From Spirochaetia bacterium (lineage in GTDB: Bacteria; Spirochaetota; Spirochaetia; UBA9216), in NCBI GenBank assembly GCA_965140585.1, contig OZ223269.1:992001-1056000 (forward strand): a stretch of 64,000 bases of DNA. The letters run 5' to 3'. A model generated the notes under the pieces. The model saw only the letters and a program-made list of their open reading frames with translations, was not told the DNA's origin and made no database searches. Position numbers and translations under genes: made by a program. Shown here one piece after another: positions 21,392 to 30,725 of the stretch (the stretch's first letter is position 1; each line of letters starts with the position of its first letter).

Positions 21392-22434
21392 AGACTTCGC
21401 ATAAAATCATATTCAGCGACTCCCGTAATTTGCAATCCTTAATGCCGGATAACACGGTAGAACTCGTTGTAACATCACCTCCTTATCCGATGATTCCAAT
21501 GTGGGATTCACTTTTTTCAATTCTCAATCCCCTTATAAATGAAGATACCTTTACTACATCATCTGACGCCTTTGATATGATGCATAATGTACTTGATAAG
21601 ACATGGCTTGAAACTTTTCGCATCCTTAAACCCGGGGGTTTTGCATGTATAAACATTGGAGATGCTGCAAGAAAAACCAGTGAAGGTTTCAGGATGTTCA
21701 GCAATCATTCCAGAATTCTTGAATATTGTCATAAAATAGGCTTTGAAATTCTACCGCTGATAATCTGGCGAAAAACAACCAATTCCCCTACTAAATTTAT
21801 GGGGTCCGGAACACTCCCGGCCGGAGCCTACGTAACTCTTGAACATGAGTATATACTTGTAATGAAAAAACCGGGAAAAAGAAGTTTCGAGTCCGACTCA
21901 GAAAAAAAACATAGAAGGGAAAGTTCAATTTTCTGGGAAGAAAGAAATCAATGGTATTCTGATCTTTGGCAGTTTAAAGGAATCAGACAGAAAATCGAAG
22001 CAGGGTCAGCCAGAGAGCGAAGTGCAGCATTTCCTTTCGAAGTTCCTTTCAGACTCATCAATATGCTTTCAGTAAAAAATGACACTGTTTTTGACCCTTT
22101 TGCCGGAACCGGAACAACTTTGAAAGCAGCTGCATTCACCTGCAGAAACAGTATAGGTGTAGAAATTGATTCTGACATTGGTGAACTGTTCTTTGAGTCA
22201 CCGGAAAACTTTAAAGCTGAAGGAAATTCTATTATCGAGCAAAGAATCACTTCCCATACTGATTTTTTAACTGAATATAAAAAGAAAAAGCAGCTTAAAG
22301 GTTATAAGAATAAACATTACGGTTTTGATGTGGTTACAAGACTCGAAAAGGAACTGTATTTTAATAAACTCAAAGAAATTGTAAGGATATCTGAGAATGA
22401 ATTTCAAATTGGATATGAAAAACCCGAATATTAA
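21388..22434 (+). CDS. Beta-class amino (N4-cytosine) DNA methyltransferase, orphan
   Basis: VVTSPPY motif IV precedes DPFAGTGTT motif I. Confidence 0.88.
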   Translation: MKTSHKIIFSDSRNLQSLMPDNTVELVVTSPPYPMIPMWDSLFSILNPLINEDTFTTSSDAFDMMHNVLDKTWLETFRILKPGGFACINIGDAARKTSEGFRMFSNHSRILEYCHKIGFEILPLIIWRKTTNSPTKFMGSGTLPAGAYVTLEHEYILVMKKPGKRSFESDSEKKHRRESSIFWEERNQWYSDLWQFKGIRQKIEAGSARERSAAFPFEVPFRLINMLSVKNDTVFDPFAGTGTTLKAAAFTCRNSIGVEIDSDIGELFFESPENFKAEGNSIIEQRITSHTDFLTEYKKKKQLKGYKNKHYGFDVVTRLEKELYFNKLKEIVRISENEFQIGYEKPEY

Positions 22435-23284
22435 AATTGCTTATTTCAGCGGTACAGGCAGTACTGCATATGCTGCAGCTACACTAAGGCAAACGGCAGA
22501 AAAAATGGGGTATAAGGCTTCATTATACAGAATAGGTTCCGCTGATGTATTTGAATTAAAATCCGATGAGCTTCTTATACTGTGTTATGTCGTTCACGCC
22601 TGTAACCCACCAAAACCTGTTATAAACTGGCTGAAAAAACTTCCTGATAATGTTAACTCTGCAGCAGTCCTTTCAGTCTCCGGTGGCGGTGAAATTACAC
22701 CAAACCTTGCCTCAAGACTTCCCGCTATCAGAATTCTTGAAAATAAAGGGATGAAGGTCATTTATGAAGATATGTTTGTTATGCCTTCGAACTGGGTTAT
22801 TGCAATGAGTGATAAGCTTGCATCAAGACTGATAGAAGTACTTCCTCATAAAGCTGAAATGATACTTTCGAACATATTTTCAGGGATTACACGAAGAACC
22901 TCTCCCGGTCCGGGAAACAGACTTCTATCAGTTCTATGCCGTTTGGAACATTTTGGAGCAGAAAAAGTCGGCAGAAAAATGAAAATTGCAAATAACTGTA
23001 CAGGCTGCGGAATATGCAGTAAGAAATGTCCAGTGGGAAATATTGAACTTAATGCTGGTAAACCTGTTTTTTCCACTGCCTGTACACTTTGTCTAGGCTG
23101 CATCTACTCCTGCCCGGAACAGGCACTTTCTCTTTCAATGTTAAAATTTTTCTGCATTAAAGAGGGCTTCAACTTCAGCAGATTATTAAAACTGCCGCCT
23201 CCCGGTGAAATTTTTGATCTCAATACCGAAACTGAAAACGTCGTCTGGAAGGGTGTAAGAAAATACCTCTCAGAGTTAGAGTAA
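22397..23284 (+). CDS. EFR1-family flavodoxin-ferredoxin fusion
   Basis: YFSGTGST; CTGCGICSKKCP and CTLCLGCIYSCP; start possibly at 22415. Confidence 0.85.
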   Translation: MNFKLDMKNPNIKIAYFSGTGSTAYAAATLRQTAEKMGYKASLYRIGSADVFELKSDELLILCYVVHACNPPKPVINWLKKLPDNVNSAAVLSVSGGGEITPNLASRLPAIRILENKGMKVIYEDMFVMPSNWVIAMSDKLASRLIEVLPHKAEMILSNIFSGITRRTSPGPGNRLLSVLCRLEHFGAEKVGRKMKIANNCTGCGICSKKCPVGNIELNAGKPVFSTACTLCLGCIYSCPEQALSLSMLKFFCIKEGFNFSRLLKLPPPGEIFDLNTETENVVWKGVRKYLSELE

Positions 23285-23309
23285 ATTTTTTTAATCAGAT
23301 AATTTCAGC

Positions 23310-23337
23310 AAAAAAAACCGCAGGATATACCGGCGGA
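23310..23337 (-). terminator. Intrinsic terminator of phn operon
   Basis: Minus strand CCGCCGG-TATAT-CCTGCGG followed by T8. Confidence 0.6.
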
Positions 23338-23359
23338 TAAAAACTTTCAAAATAATTAA

Positions 23360-24868
23360 TCAGACAAACTTCTCCCTGATTTTTGAACTTACATAATCTA
23401 GAATAGCTACAGTAACAGCAATAAACCAAACGGCAATACCTGCAGACTTGTAATCAAGCAGACGAATGTACTGAACCAGAAGGAATCCGATTCCGCCTCC
23501 ACCGACCATACCGATAATTGTAGACATTCTGACATTGATGTCCCATCGGTAAATAGTAAATGAAACAAATGGCGGAATCATCTGGGGAACTACTGCAAAC
23601 ATAATAGTCTGCAGTTTATTTGCACCGGTTGCCTGAATTGCTTCTATCGGACCCGGATCAATGCTTTCTATAGATTCAGAATACAGCTTGCCTAATGCAG
23701 CTACAGAATGGATAGTAAGAGCAAGAATACCCGCAAAGGGGCCAAGACCTACCCACACAACTGCAATCAAAGCCCATATCATAGGTTCAATTGACCTTAT
23801 AATGTTAAAAATTGTTCTTGTTATATAATAAATAACAATCGTCAGCCGTGAGCCGGACATCATATTTCTGGCAGCCAGAAAACTCAGCGGTATTGAAATA
23901 ATTATACCAAACAATGTTGCCATCATGCCCATAAAGATGGTTTCAAGCATAAGTTCTATTGTTAATCTAAGCGGTTCACTTGCCTTCAGAGGGCCTACTG
24001 CAGATTCCTGTCTGGCGTGAACACTATGGTACTGCAGCCCCACGGCTGATGGGGGTGTAAGCCTGTAAGGCATAACAAGGTCAAACTCAAATGCTCCGCT
24101 GTTATCAGTCATTACACTGACATACTTCCCATCCTGCCTGGGCCGGAATTCATTACCTACAGAATCCTCCCAGACAATTAATGTTTCAGTATCCGGAGCA
24201 AAGCCGCTTCCTTCAAGGTGAAGAACATCACCCTTTATTACATTATTATCTTTATCAAGTTTCGATAGATTTCCATACGTTGGTGTGGATTTTATATATG
24301 GTTTTCCTTCCTCATACACCGGAATCTCAGGCGGGGCTTCATCGGAATCAGCAAGGATTTTGGCCTCTGCTTCAACTGTTGAAATATCACGTGTCACAGC
24401 AGCTTCCCAGGGCCAAAGAATACGTGAAAGCGGCGGCCATGCCTCAGGAAATTCAGTTACCATCTTATAGACATTAATTTCACTAATCTGCCATCCCATA
24501 CTGAAAAAAAGTACAAGAACAAGTCCGAAAAGAAGAACATTTCTTTCTTTACCGTTTTTTGAAATATTCCAGGCATCAAGAATTATCCAGATATACAGAA
24601 CCACAAGTGCAACTGAAATAAAAACCATAAAGAAGGGTGCACGATCAACAGATTTTATAAATTTAGCTATAAAAGTAGGTTCGCGATGCGCAAGGAGATT
24701 AATTCTCCAGATAAACAGTCCTATAATACTGATAAATGATGCAAGCAGCAAAAGCCCGCGTCGAATCCGCAAATTGATTAACTGTCCCAGACCGGGTATC
24801 ACTGCCGAAATAATCGCAGAAGGCAGCGGAGGTATGATAGTTTTTAAAGTTTCCTTTTTTTTAGCCAT
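23360..24868 (-). CDS. phnE: Phosphonate/phosphite-type ABC permease with long N-terminal extension
   Basis: RSIEPMIWAL, GLGPFAG, KLYSESIE, INVRMSTIIGMVGGGGIG. Confidence 0.88.
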   Translation of the reverse strand: MAKKKETLKTIIPPLPSAIISAVIPGLGQLINLRIRRGLLLLASFISIIGLFIWRINLLAHREPTFIAKFIKSVDRAPFFMVFISVALVVLYIWIILDAWNISKNGKERNVLLFGLVLVLFFSMGWQISEINVYKMVTEFPEAWPPLSRILWPWEAAVTRDISTVEAEAKILADSDEAPPEIPVYEEGKPYIKSTPTYGNLSKLDKDNNVIKGDVLHLEGSGFAPDTETLIVWEDSVGNEFRPRQDGKYVSVMTDNSGAFEFDLVMPYRLTPPSAVGLQYHSVHARQESAVGPLKASEPLRLTIELMLETIFMGMMATLFGIIISIPLSFLAARNMMSGSRLTIVIYYITRTIFNIIRSIEPMIWALIAVVWVGLGPFAGILALTIHSVAALGKLYSESIESIDPGPIEAIQATGANKLQTIMFAVVPQMIPPFVSFTIYRWDINVRMSTIIGMVGGGGIGFLLVQYIRLLDYKSAGIAVWFIAVTVAILDYVSSKIREKFV

Positions 24869-25652
24869 TTTCCCCTCCGCTTATAGAACCGGCATTAACT
24901 CTTATAGCTTCTTCACCATAAATATCCTTGAACTGAGCGTCAGTCATTTTTTTTATGTCAGCATTTGAGCCTTCATATACAATCTTACCGCCTTTCAATC
25001 CGATAACTCGGGTTGAATATCTTTGAACAAGATCAAGATAATGAAGGCTGCACATAATTGTAATATCCTTCTGTCTGTTTATATCTTCAAGGTATCCAAG
25101 TATAGAATGTGCAAGAACCGGGTCAAGACTTGCAACAGGTTCATCAGCAAGAATCATCAGTGGGTCCTGCATCAAGGCTCTGGCTATCCCGACACGCTGC
25201 TGCTGCCCTCCGGATAATTCATCAGCACGTTTTTCAGCCTGATCCTCAATACCGACCATTTTTAAAGCTTCCTGAGCCTTTTTCCTGTCTGCCGTGGAAA
25301 AATGATATAAAAGACTTGAAGACGGTTTTGTATATCCAAGCCGTCCTGAAAGTACATTCTGCATTACGCTTGAACGCTTAACCAGATTAAAATGCTGAAA
25401 TATCATTCCAATCTGTCGTCTGACTTTTCTGAGTGTTTTACCGTCAGCCCCGGTCACCATCTCTCCGTTCCATATAATTTCACCGTCTGTAGGTTCTATC
25501 AGTCTATTGATACAACGCAGCAGAGTGGATTTACCTGAACCGGAAAGACCGATAATTACAAGAAATTCACCGTCATTTACTGTGAAGCTCACATTATCAA
25601 GGGCTTTAGTACCATCATCGTATATTTTTGTGAGATTGCGGATCTCAAGCAT
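24861..25652 (-). CDS. phnC: Phosphonate ABC ATP-binding protein
   Basis: GLSGSGKS, LSGGQQQRV, LADEPVASLDP. Confidence 0.93.
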   Translation of the reverse strand: MLEIRNLTKIYDDGTKALDNVSFTVNDGEFLVIIGLSGSGKSTLLRCINRLIEPTDGEIIWNGEMVTGADGKTLRKVRRQIGMIFQHFNLVKRSSVMQNVLSGRLGYTKPSSSLLYHFSTADRKKAQEALKMVGIEDQAEKRADELSGGQQQRVGIARALMQDPLMILADEPVASLDPVLAHSILGYLEDINRQKDITIMCSLHYLDLVQRYSTRVIGLKGGKIVYEGSNADIKKMTDAQFKDIYGEEAIRVNAGSISGGENG

Positions 25653-25661
25653 TATGCCTCC

Positions 25662-25695
25662 AAAAAGAAAAGGAGCCGCAAAAGGATGCAGCTCC
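25662..25695 (-). terminator. Terminator-like hairpin between phnD and phnC
   Basis: Minus strand GGAGCTGCA-TCCTTT-TGCGGCTCC then TTTTCTTTTT running into the phnC RBS. Confidence 0.6.
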
Positions 25696-25712
25696 CCATT
25701 AGGAATAGTTTC

Positions 25713-26618
25713 TTAGTTTGTAAGTTCTTCGATACTCAGACCTGAAGCCTGGAGAACCTGTCTGAAAGGATCGTAGAATGTATCATCGTGTTTTTCGAGA
25801 GCATTCCACTGATATGCGGTATTTAACGCATCCTTACCTTCATCAGTTGAGGCGATTTTAAGAAGTGCGTCTACAATTCTTGATTTCATCTCAGCATCCA
25901 TACCTGGGATAAACTGAACACCGTCATTGGGAATGTTTTCAGTAAGGGCAATTACGATTACCTTGTCCATTACATCAGGATAATCGCCTTCAAGCCTTGT
26001 TCTTGCATCAACATAAGAAGCACCGGCATCAACATCACCGTTATATAGCGCAGCAATTACTGCATCATGGCTTCCTGCATCTACTACACCTGTAAGGTCT
26101 GATTCCGGATCAACACCTGCAGCTCTTAAAGTAAGCATTGGAATAATCCATCCGCTTGTTGAAAGAGGATCAGGTCTTCCAAATGTATGTCCGGAAATAC
26201 CGGCAACGTCGGTTATACCGCTGTCTGCTCTTACCATGATCTGTCCATTATATGTAGGACTTCCGTATCTTACAGAAACGAGTTCGGCTTCTGCTACACC
26301 TTTTTCGGCAGCAAGAACATATGCAAATGTAGCAAGTGAAGACATATGAGCCTCGGGAGGATCACTGGCCATAGCTTCAATAACACCAGCATACTCGGTT
26401 GCAACATTGGTTTTGAAGTAATAACCGGTTTCATCATGAAGCATGTCAGCAACAGCCTGTGCACCGGAAGATACTCTTTCCATTTCTCCGGACGGAACAA
26501 AAGACCAGATAATCGGGTTTTCTTCAGTACCGAGAGCAGCTTCAGCTTTACCGCCTGCAAATGCCATTGCGGAAAGAATCAGAAGCAGGATAGTTGAAAT
26601 TAGAATTGTTTTTTTCAT
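25713..26618 (-). CDS. phnD: Phosphate/phosphite/phosphonate ABC substrate-binding protein
   Basis: Signal peptide; FVPS, DPLSTSGWIIP, GSHDAVI, IPND. Confidence 0.88.
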   Translation of the reverse strand: MKKTILISTILLLILSAMAFAGGKAEAALGTEENPIIWSFVPSGEMERVSSGAQAVADMLHDETGYYFKTNVATEYAGVIEAMASDPPEAHMSSLATFAYVLAAEKGVAEAELVSVRYGSPTYNGQIMVRADSGITDVAGISGHTFGRPDPLSTSGWIIPMLTLRAAGVDPESDLTGVVDAGSHDAVIAALYNGDVDAGASYVDARTRLEGDYPDVMDKVIVIALTENIPNDGVQFIPGMDAEMKSRIVDALLKIASTDEGKDALNTAYQWNALEKHDDTFYDPFRQVLQASGLSIEELTN

Positions 26619-26762
26619 TCGATTTTGCCTCCGTTAAATTTTTAACAGTTAATTATACGCCTGAGCACCGAATCATGCAATCATAACCCGATAAAATCCT
26701 GTTCGATAAAGCTTGAAGATCCAAAAACTATCCGTTATTATTAGGTTCTACAGGGGAAATAA

Positions 26763-27908
26763 ATGCAAGACGAATTTGAAGACATCAGGCCTTACAGCGA
26801 TGTGGAATTTCCAGAAGTAAAGAGAAGGATTCATGAAGACAAATTCCTTCGAGGATTTTTCAGAAACATAAAATGGCCAAACTGCCCGTCTATTTTAAAG
26901 CCTGCAGCAGATCAGGCAATAGGCTTGTATTTAAAAAGTGAGCTTAAAAAAGTAACAACTATCAGAGATTTTCAGCATGATATTATTATAAATAAATTTG
27001 TGCAGTGGGTGGTAGATAAGACTACAGATGGTGTCTCCTGTTCCGGCCTCGATGAACTGGATAAGAATACTGCCTACATGTTTATCAGCAACCACCGTGA
27101 TATAGTGCTCGATGCAACTCTTTTAAACTATTTTCTGGTTAAAAACGGATTCAGCACTACACAGATTGCCTTTGGTGACAATCTTTTAATTAATGAGCTT
27201 GTAACTGACCTTATTAGGATTAATAAGTCTTTTATTGTAAAGCGAAATCTCAATCTTCGTGAACAGCTTGAAGCATCAATAAAATTGTCAAAATACATCT
27301 ATCATATGATAGAAAGCGGTGATTCTATCTGGATAGCTCAGAAGGAAGGACGGTCAAAAGACGGAGCCGACCAGACAAATCCGGCAGTTATCAAGATGCT
27401 GTTTCTTTCCCAGAGAAAGAGCGGTGTGGAATTTTCTGATTTTATCAAAAAACTCAGGATTGTTCCTGTATCCATTTCCTATGAACTTGATCCATGCGAT
27501 ACATTAAAGGGCTGGGAAGTATACAGATCCGAAACAAGGGAAAATATTCAGAAAACTAAAAACCTTGATCTTGTAAGCATGTGGACCGGAATGCGCGGGG
27601 CAAAGGGCAGGGTACACATACACTACGGAGAACCTTTAAACGGCAACTATGCTAATGACAAAGACGTAGCTGCAGCGCTTGACAGGGGAATACACCGCGG
27701 ATACAAGCTCTGGCCAAGTAACTACATCAGCTATGATGAACTCAACAAGACTGGTAAATATGCTGATAACTACACAGAAATGCAGAGAGAGGAATTTCTT
27801 CACAGATTCAGAAAGCTTGGAGAACCTGTAAGACAAAAAGTTCTTAATATGTATGCAAGGCCTGTTACCAACCAGGAAGAGGCTGTTTTCTTCGATGAAC
27901 AGCAATAA
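26763..27908 (+). CDS. Glycerol-3-phosphate/lysophospholipid acyltransferase
   Basis: SNHRDIVLD (HX4D), WIAQKEGRSKDG, PVSISYE. Confidence 0.85.
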   Translation: MQDEFEDIRPYSDVEFPEVKRRIHEDKFLRGFFRNIKWPNCPSILKPAADQAIGLYLKSELKKVTTIRDFQHDIIINKFVQWVVDKTTDGVSCSGLDELDKNTAYMFISNHRDIVLDATLLNYFLVKNGFSTTQIAFGDNLLINELVTDLIRINKSFIVKRNLNLREQLEASIKLSKYIYHMIESGDSIWIAQKEGRSKDGADQTNPAVIKMLFLSQRKSGVEFSDFIKKLRIVPVSISYELDPCDTLKGWEVYRSETRENIQKTKNLDLVSMWTGMRGAKGRVHIHYGEPLNGNYANDKDVAAALDRGIHRGYKLWPSNYISYDELNKTGKYADNYTEMQREEFLHRFRKLGEPVRQKVLNMYARPVTNQEEAVFFDEQQ

Positions 27909-28590
27909 AATAATAACTGCTGCGCTCCTTTTATATGCGGCTTTAACCTGCTTTTCATGCGGAAACAGTATTCCGCAAATTTCAGGGGTAAACAGCCAGC
28001 AGTATTTTCTTATTTCACCGGAAAGCGGTGAAATAGGTTTTTTTATTAATTTATACGTAAATGCTGATGACAAAGACGGAATCGAAGATTTACTTAACCT
28101 GTATCTGCTGTCGGACGATGATGAACTCCTCTGGCGCAGTTCCAGTGAAGACTGGGTAATTCGTGAACAAAACGGTATAGAGTGGCGCGGAATTGAAAAA
28201 CTGGTACTATCTGAAAACAGTGTATTTTCACCCGGAACTTACAGACTGATACTGAAAGACAGGGCCGGAGAGCAGGTTAATGATGAAATCATTATCCGTC
28301 CGGTTGGTCAGGATTTAAACCCTGATACATTTCCCAGGCTGTCGGCATCAAATGAAAACAGCAGTACTTTACTTCTTGAAAGCCCATATGAAAACAGTAT
28401 CATTTCGTTTTATGATAAATCAGGTGAACTTCTACAGGCCTATAGAACAACAAATGGCACCATTCTTATCAGAGATCTCCCGCATGGTGATGATGTTTCA
28501 AGAAAATATCAGTCTGTATATGTATCAGCCTATAATGACAAAATAGGTGCGGCGTTTATGGCCGGCCCCTATTTTAAGGGATCTTTTTAA
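27895..28590 (+). CDS. Hypothetical lipoprotein
   Basis: Signal with CFSC lipobox from ATG 27895 (ORF track starts at 27853). Confidence 0.6.
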   Translation: MNSNKIITAALLLYAALTCFSCGNSIPQISGVNSQQYFLISPESGEIGFFINLYVNADDKDGIEDLLNLYLLSDDDELLWRSSSEDWVIREQNGIEWRGIEKLVLSENSVFSPGTYRLILKDRAGEQVNDEIIIRPVGQDLNPDTFPRLSASNENSSTLLLESPYENSIISFYDKSGELLQAYRTTNGTILIRDLPHGDDVSRKYQSVYVSAYNDKIGAAFMAGPYFKGSF

Positions 28591-29932
28591 GCATCTGCTG
28601 AAGTTTTTCTTTACCTACCAGGTTTACCGGTCTTGTTTCAGAAAACTCACGTGCCTTCTTTGAAAACTCAGAACTTGTAACAATCATAGCACGTCCGACA
28701 TTATTCTTTTTCATGGATTCATGAATGGCTCTTGCAGTACTTTCAGAAACCATCTCAGGAACTCGCAGAAACCATATCAGCAGTGGAATCTTCTTGGCTC
28801 CGCGCCATTTCGATTCAGATTCTACTGCAATAATCTGGCATCCGTTCTGAATATCTCCGATATCCCGGACACTGAGCCCCATAGCAGCCGTAGCACCCTT
28901 GCAAATAGAGAAGAATTCATCCCGGCTTGCTGTAAGATAGTCTTTCATTCTGTCGTCAGTTCTAAGATCCTGGTACTGACTCAGTTTTTCACCGACATCC
29001 TTGAAAGTTGGTTTCTTTGAATAAATTTCTTCCCACTGCTTTATAGCATTATCAATATCCCGTTTCTGTTCATGACAGTAGGCAAGAAAATATCTTGCAA
29101 AGAGTATTTCCTGACCGCCTTCAGAAATATTGCTGTTGGAAATAGCTCTTTCCAGTTCTGATATTGCCCTGTCGAAATTCTTCATGCTGATAAAGCAGAT
29201 ACCGCGTTCAAGCAGTGATTTAACCTTCAGTTCAATATCACGCTGTGATTTTTCAAAATATGACAGAGCACCTGCAAAATCTTTCTTTTCCTTAAGTATC
29301 TTCCCTATAAAAAAATTAGCTTTATGATTTTCCGGGTTGTACTTTAGTGCAAGGTCAAGCTCAGTTTTGGCTTCCTGAGCACGCTTATTTCGATAATAAA
29401 TGTTTCCAAGTCTGAAATGTGCATCAGTGTGCCTTGGATCAAGATCTATTGTTTTCTTATAATTTTTAACGGCACTGTCGGTCTTTCCGCGCTGTTCGAA
29501 TAATGTTCCGGACATAAAATACCATTCGGGCTCTTCCGGCTGCATCCGGATAAGCAGAACAAATTCTTTGAGTGCCTCTTCCGGCTGTCCGAAATCATTG
29601 TAAAGCTTGGCAATTGTCCTGCGAAACTCAACTTCTTTCACGATACCTGAAAACTCGCCGAACTCATTAACTTTCTTAAGTTCCATAAGTGCAAGTTCGT
29701 TTTTCCCGTCTCCAAGATACGCCAGACCGAGCAGGTAGTGCATTTCATGATTTCTAGCGTCATTGGCAAGGTTCTGCTTTGTCTGCTTGATAACTGCAGA
29801 ATATTTGCCCTGCTTGTAGAGATCATAAATACCTGCTACCTTTCTAGGTGCTAGAGCAGATTTTACAATTATAACTATAGTAACAACGCCTATGAGGCCG
29901 ACGATTAAAAGTAATAGAACTACTGGTGCCAT
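28574..29932 (-). CDS. Membrane-anchored TPR protein with C-terminal Mrr-like domain
   Basis: N-terminal TM, about 8 TPRs, C-terminal IVTSSEFSKKAREF..VNLVGKEKL. Confidence 0.75.
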   Translation of the reverse strand: MAPVVLLLLIVGLIGVVTIVIIVKSALAPRKVAGIYDLYKQGKYSAVIKQTKQNLANDARNHEMHYLLGLAYLGDGKNELALMELKKVNEFGEFSGIVKEVEFRRTIAKLYNDFGQPEEALKEFVLLIRMQPEEPEWYFMSGTLFEQRGKTDSAVKNYKKTIDLDPRHTDAHFRLGNIYYRNKRAQEAKTELDLALKYNPENHKANFFIGKILKEKKDFAGALSYFEKSQRDIELKVKSLLERGICFISMKNFDRAISELERAISNSNISEGGQEILFARYFLAYCHEQKRDIDNAIKQWEEIYSKKPTFKDVGEKLSQYQDLRTDDRMKDYLTASRDEFFSICKGATAAMGLSVRDIGDIQNGCQIIAVESESKWRGAKKIPLLIWFLRVPEMVSESTARAIHESMKKNNVGRAMIVTSSEFSKKAREFSETRPVNLVGKEKLQQMLKKIP

Positions 29933-29947
29933 AGATACTCCATGATA

Positions 29948-29976
29948 AGATTAATCGGTTATTTAAAGAGTGTCAA
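29948..29976 (-). promoter_or_regulatory. Sigma70-like promoter
   Basis: TTGACA-17 bp-TAATCT upstream of GGAG RBS of the 29932 gene. Confidence 0.55.
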
Positions 29977-30004
29977 ATATAAAGCTGGCAAAAAAGAGGT
30001 TTAA

Positions 30005-30706
30005 ATGAAAAAATTAAAGCCTGAAATTATACTTATTCCTTTATGTGTTATAGTTTTGTCTTCGGCATCCATGTTTGAAGAAGGTGAAAAGCTTCTTTTA
30101 AACAATCAGCTCTCAGAAGCGATAGTAATGTTTGAAGGTGCGCTTGAGCAGGATCCAATGAATACCAGGACTTACTTTTATCTTGGCAATATATATGAAA
30201 TAAGAAAAGAATACTCATCTGCAGTAAATATCCTTACCAAGGGGCTGAACACCACGGGAAAAGAAACCGGCAGGTTTTATTTCGAAATAGGGAATAATTA
30301 CTTTAAGGATGGAGATTACTTATCTGCAGCTGATATGTATTCAAGATCAATTCAGAATTCTTCAGGATTTGCCGATCCTTATCTGAACAGGGCTAATTCA
30401 AGAGTAAAATCAGGTGATTATACTCTTGCAGCAAGGGATTACAGACTTTATCTGAATATGGTTCCGGCTGCCTCACAGAAAACAGAAATTGAAAAGATGA
30501 TTTCCATGCTGGAACTGACGGTAGCAGAAGAAGAAAGACTTCGCGCTGAAGATGAGGCAAGACGACTGGCTGAGGAAGCCAGACAGAAGGCCCTGCTTGA
30601 CAGTGTACTGCAGTCATTAAGTAATGCAGGAGAAGATACAACCAACATATCGGCAGAATCCGAAGATATCGAAGATATTGAAGTGGAACTGGATATAGAA
30701 GACTAG
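30005..30706 (+). CDS. Exported TPR protein with coiled-coil/acidic tail
   Basis: Signal-like N-terminus, about 4 TPRs. Confidence 0.75.
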   Translation: MKKLKPEIILIPLCVIVLSSASMFEEGEKLLLNNQLSEAIVMFEGALEQDPMNTRTYFYLGNIYEIRKEYSSAVNILTKGLNTTGKETGRFYFEIGNNYFKDGDYLSAADMYSRSIQNSSGFADPYLNRANSRVKSGDYTLAARDYRLYLNMVPAASQKTEIEKMISMLELTVAEEERLRAEDEARRLAEEARQKALLDSVLQSLSNAGEDTTNISAESEDIEDIEVELDIED

Positions 30707-30725
30707 GCGGGATATAGGTATAGAT

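Noticed and set aside
17426-22434. Nuclease plus methyltransferase as a restriction-modification pair
   Set aside because: The nuclease is a secreted non-specific type and lies about 3 kb away in a separate unit
26619-26762. Pho box upstream of phnD
   Set aside because: No convincing 11-bp-spaced CTGTCAT-type repeats
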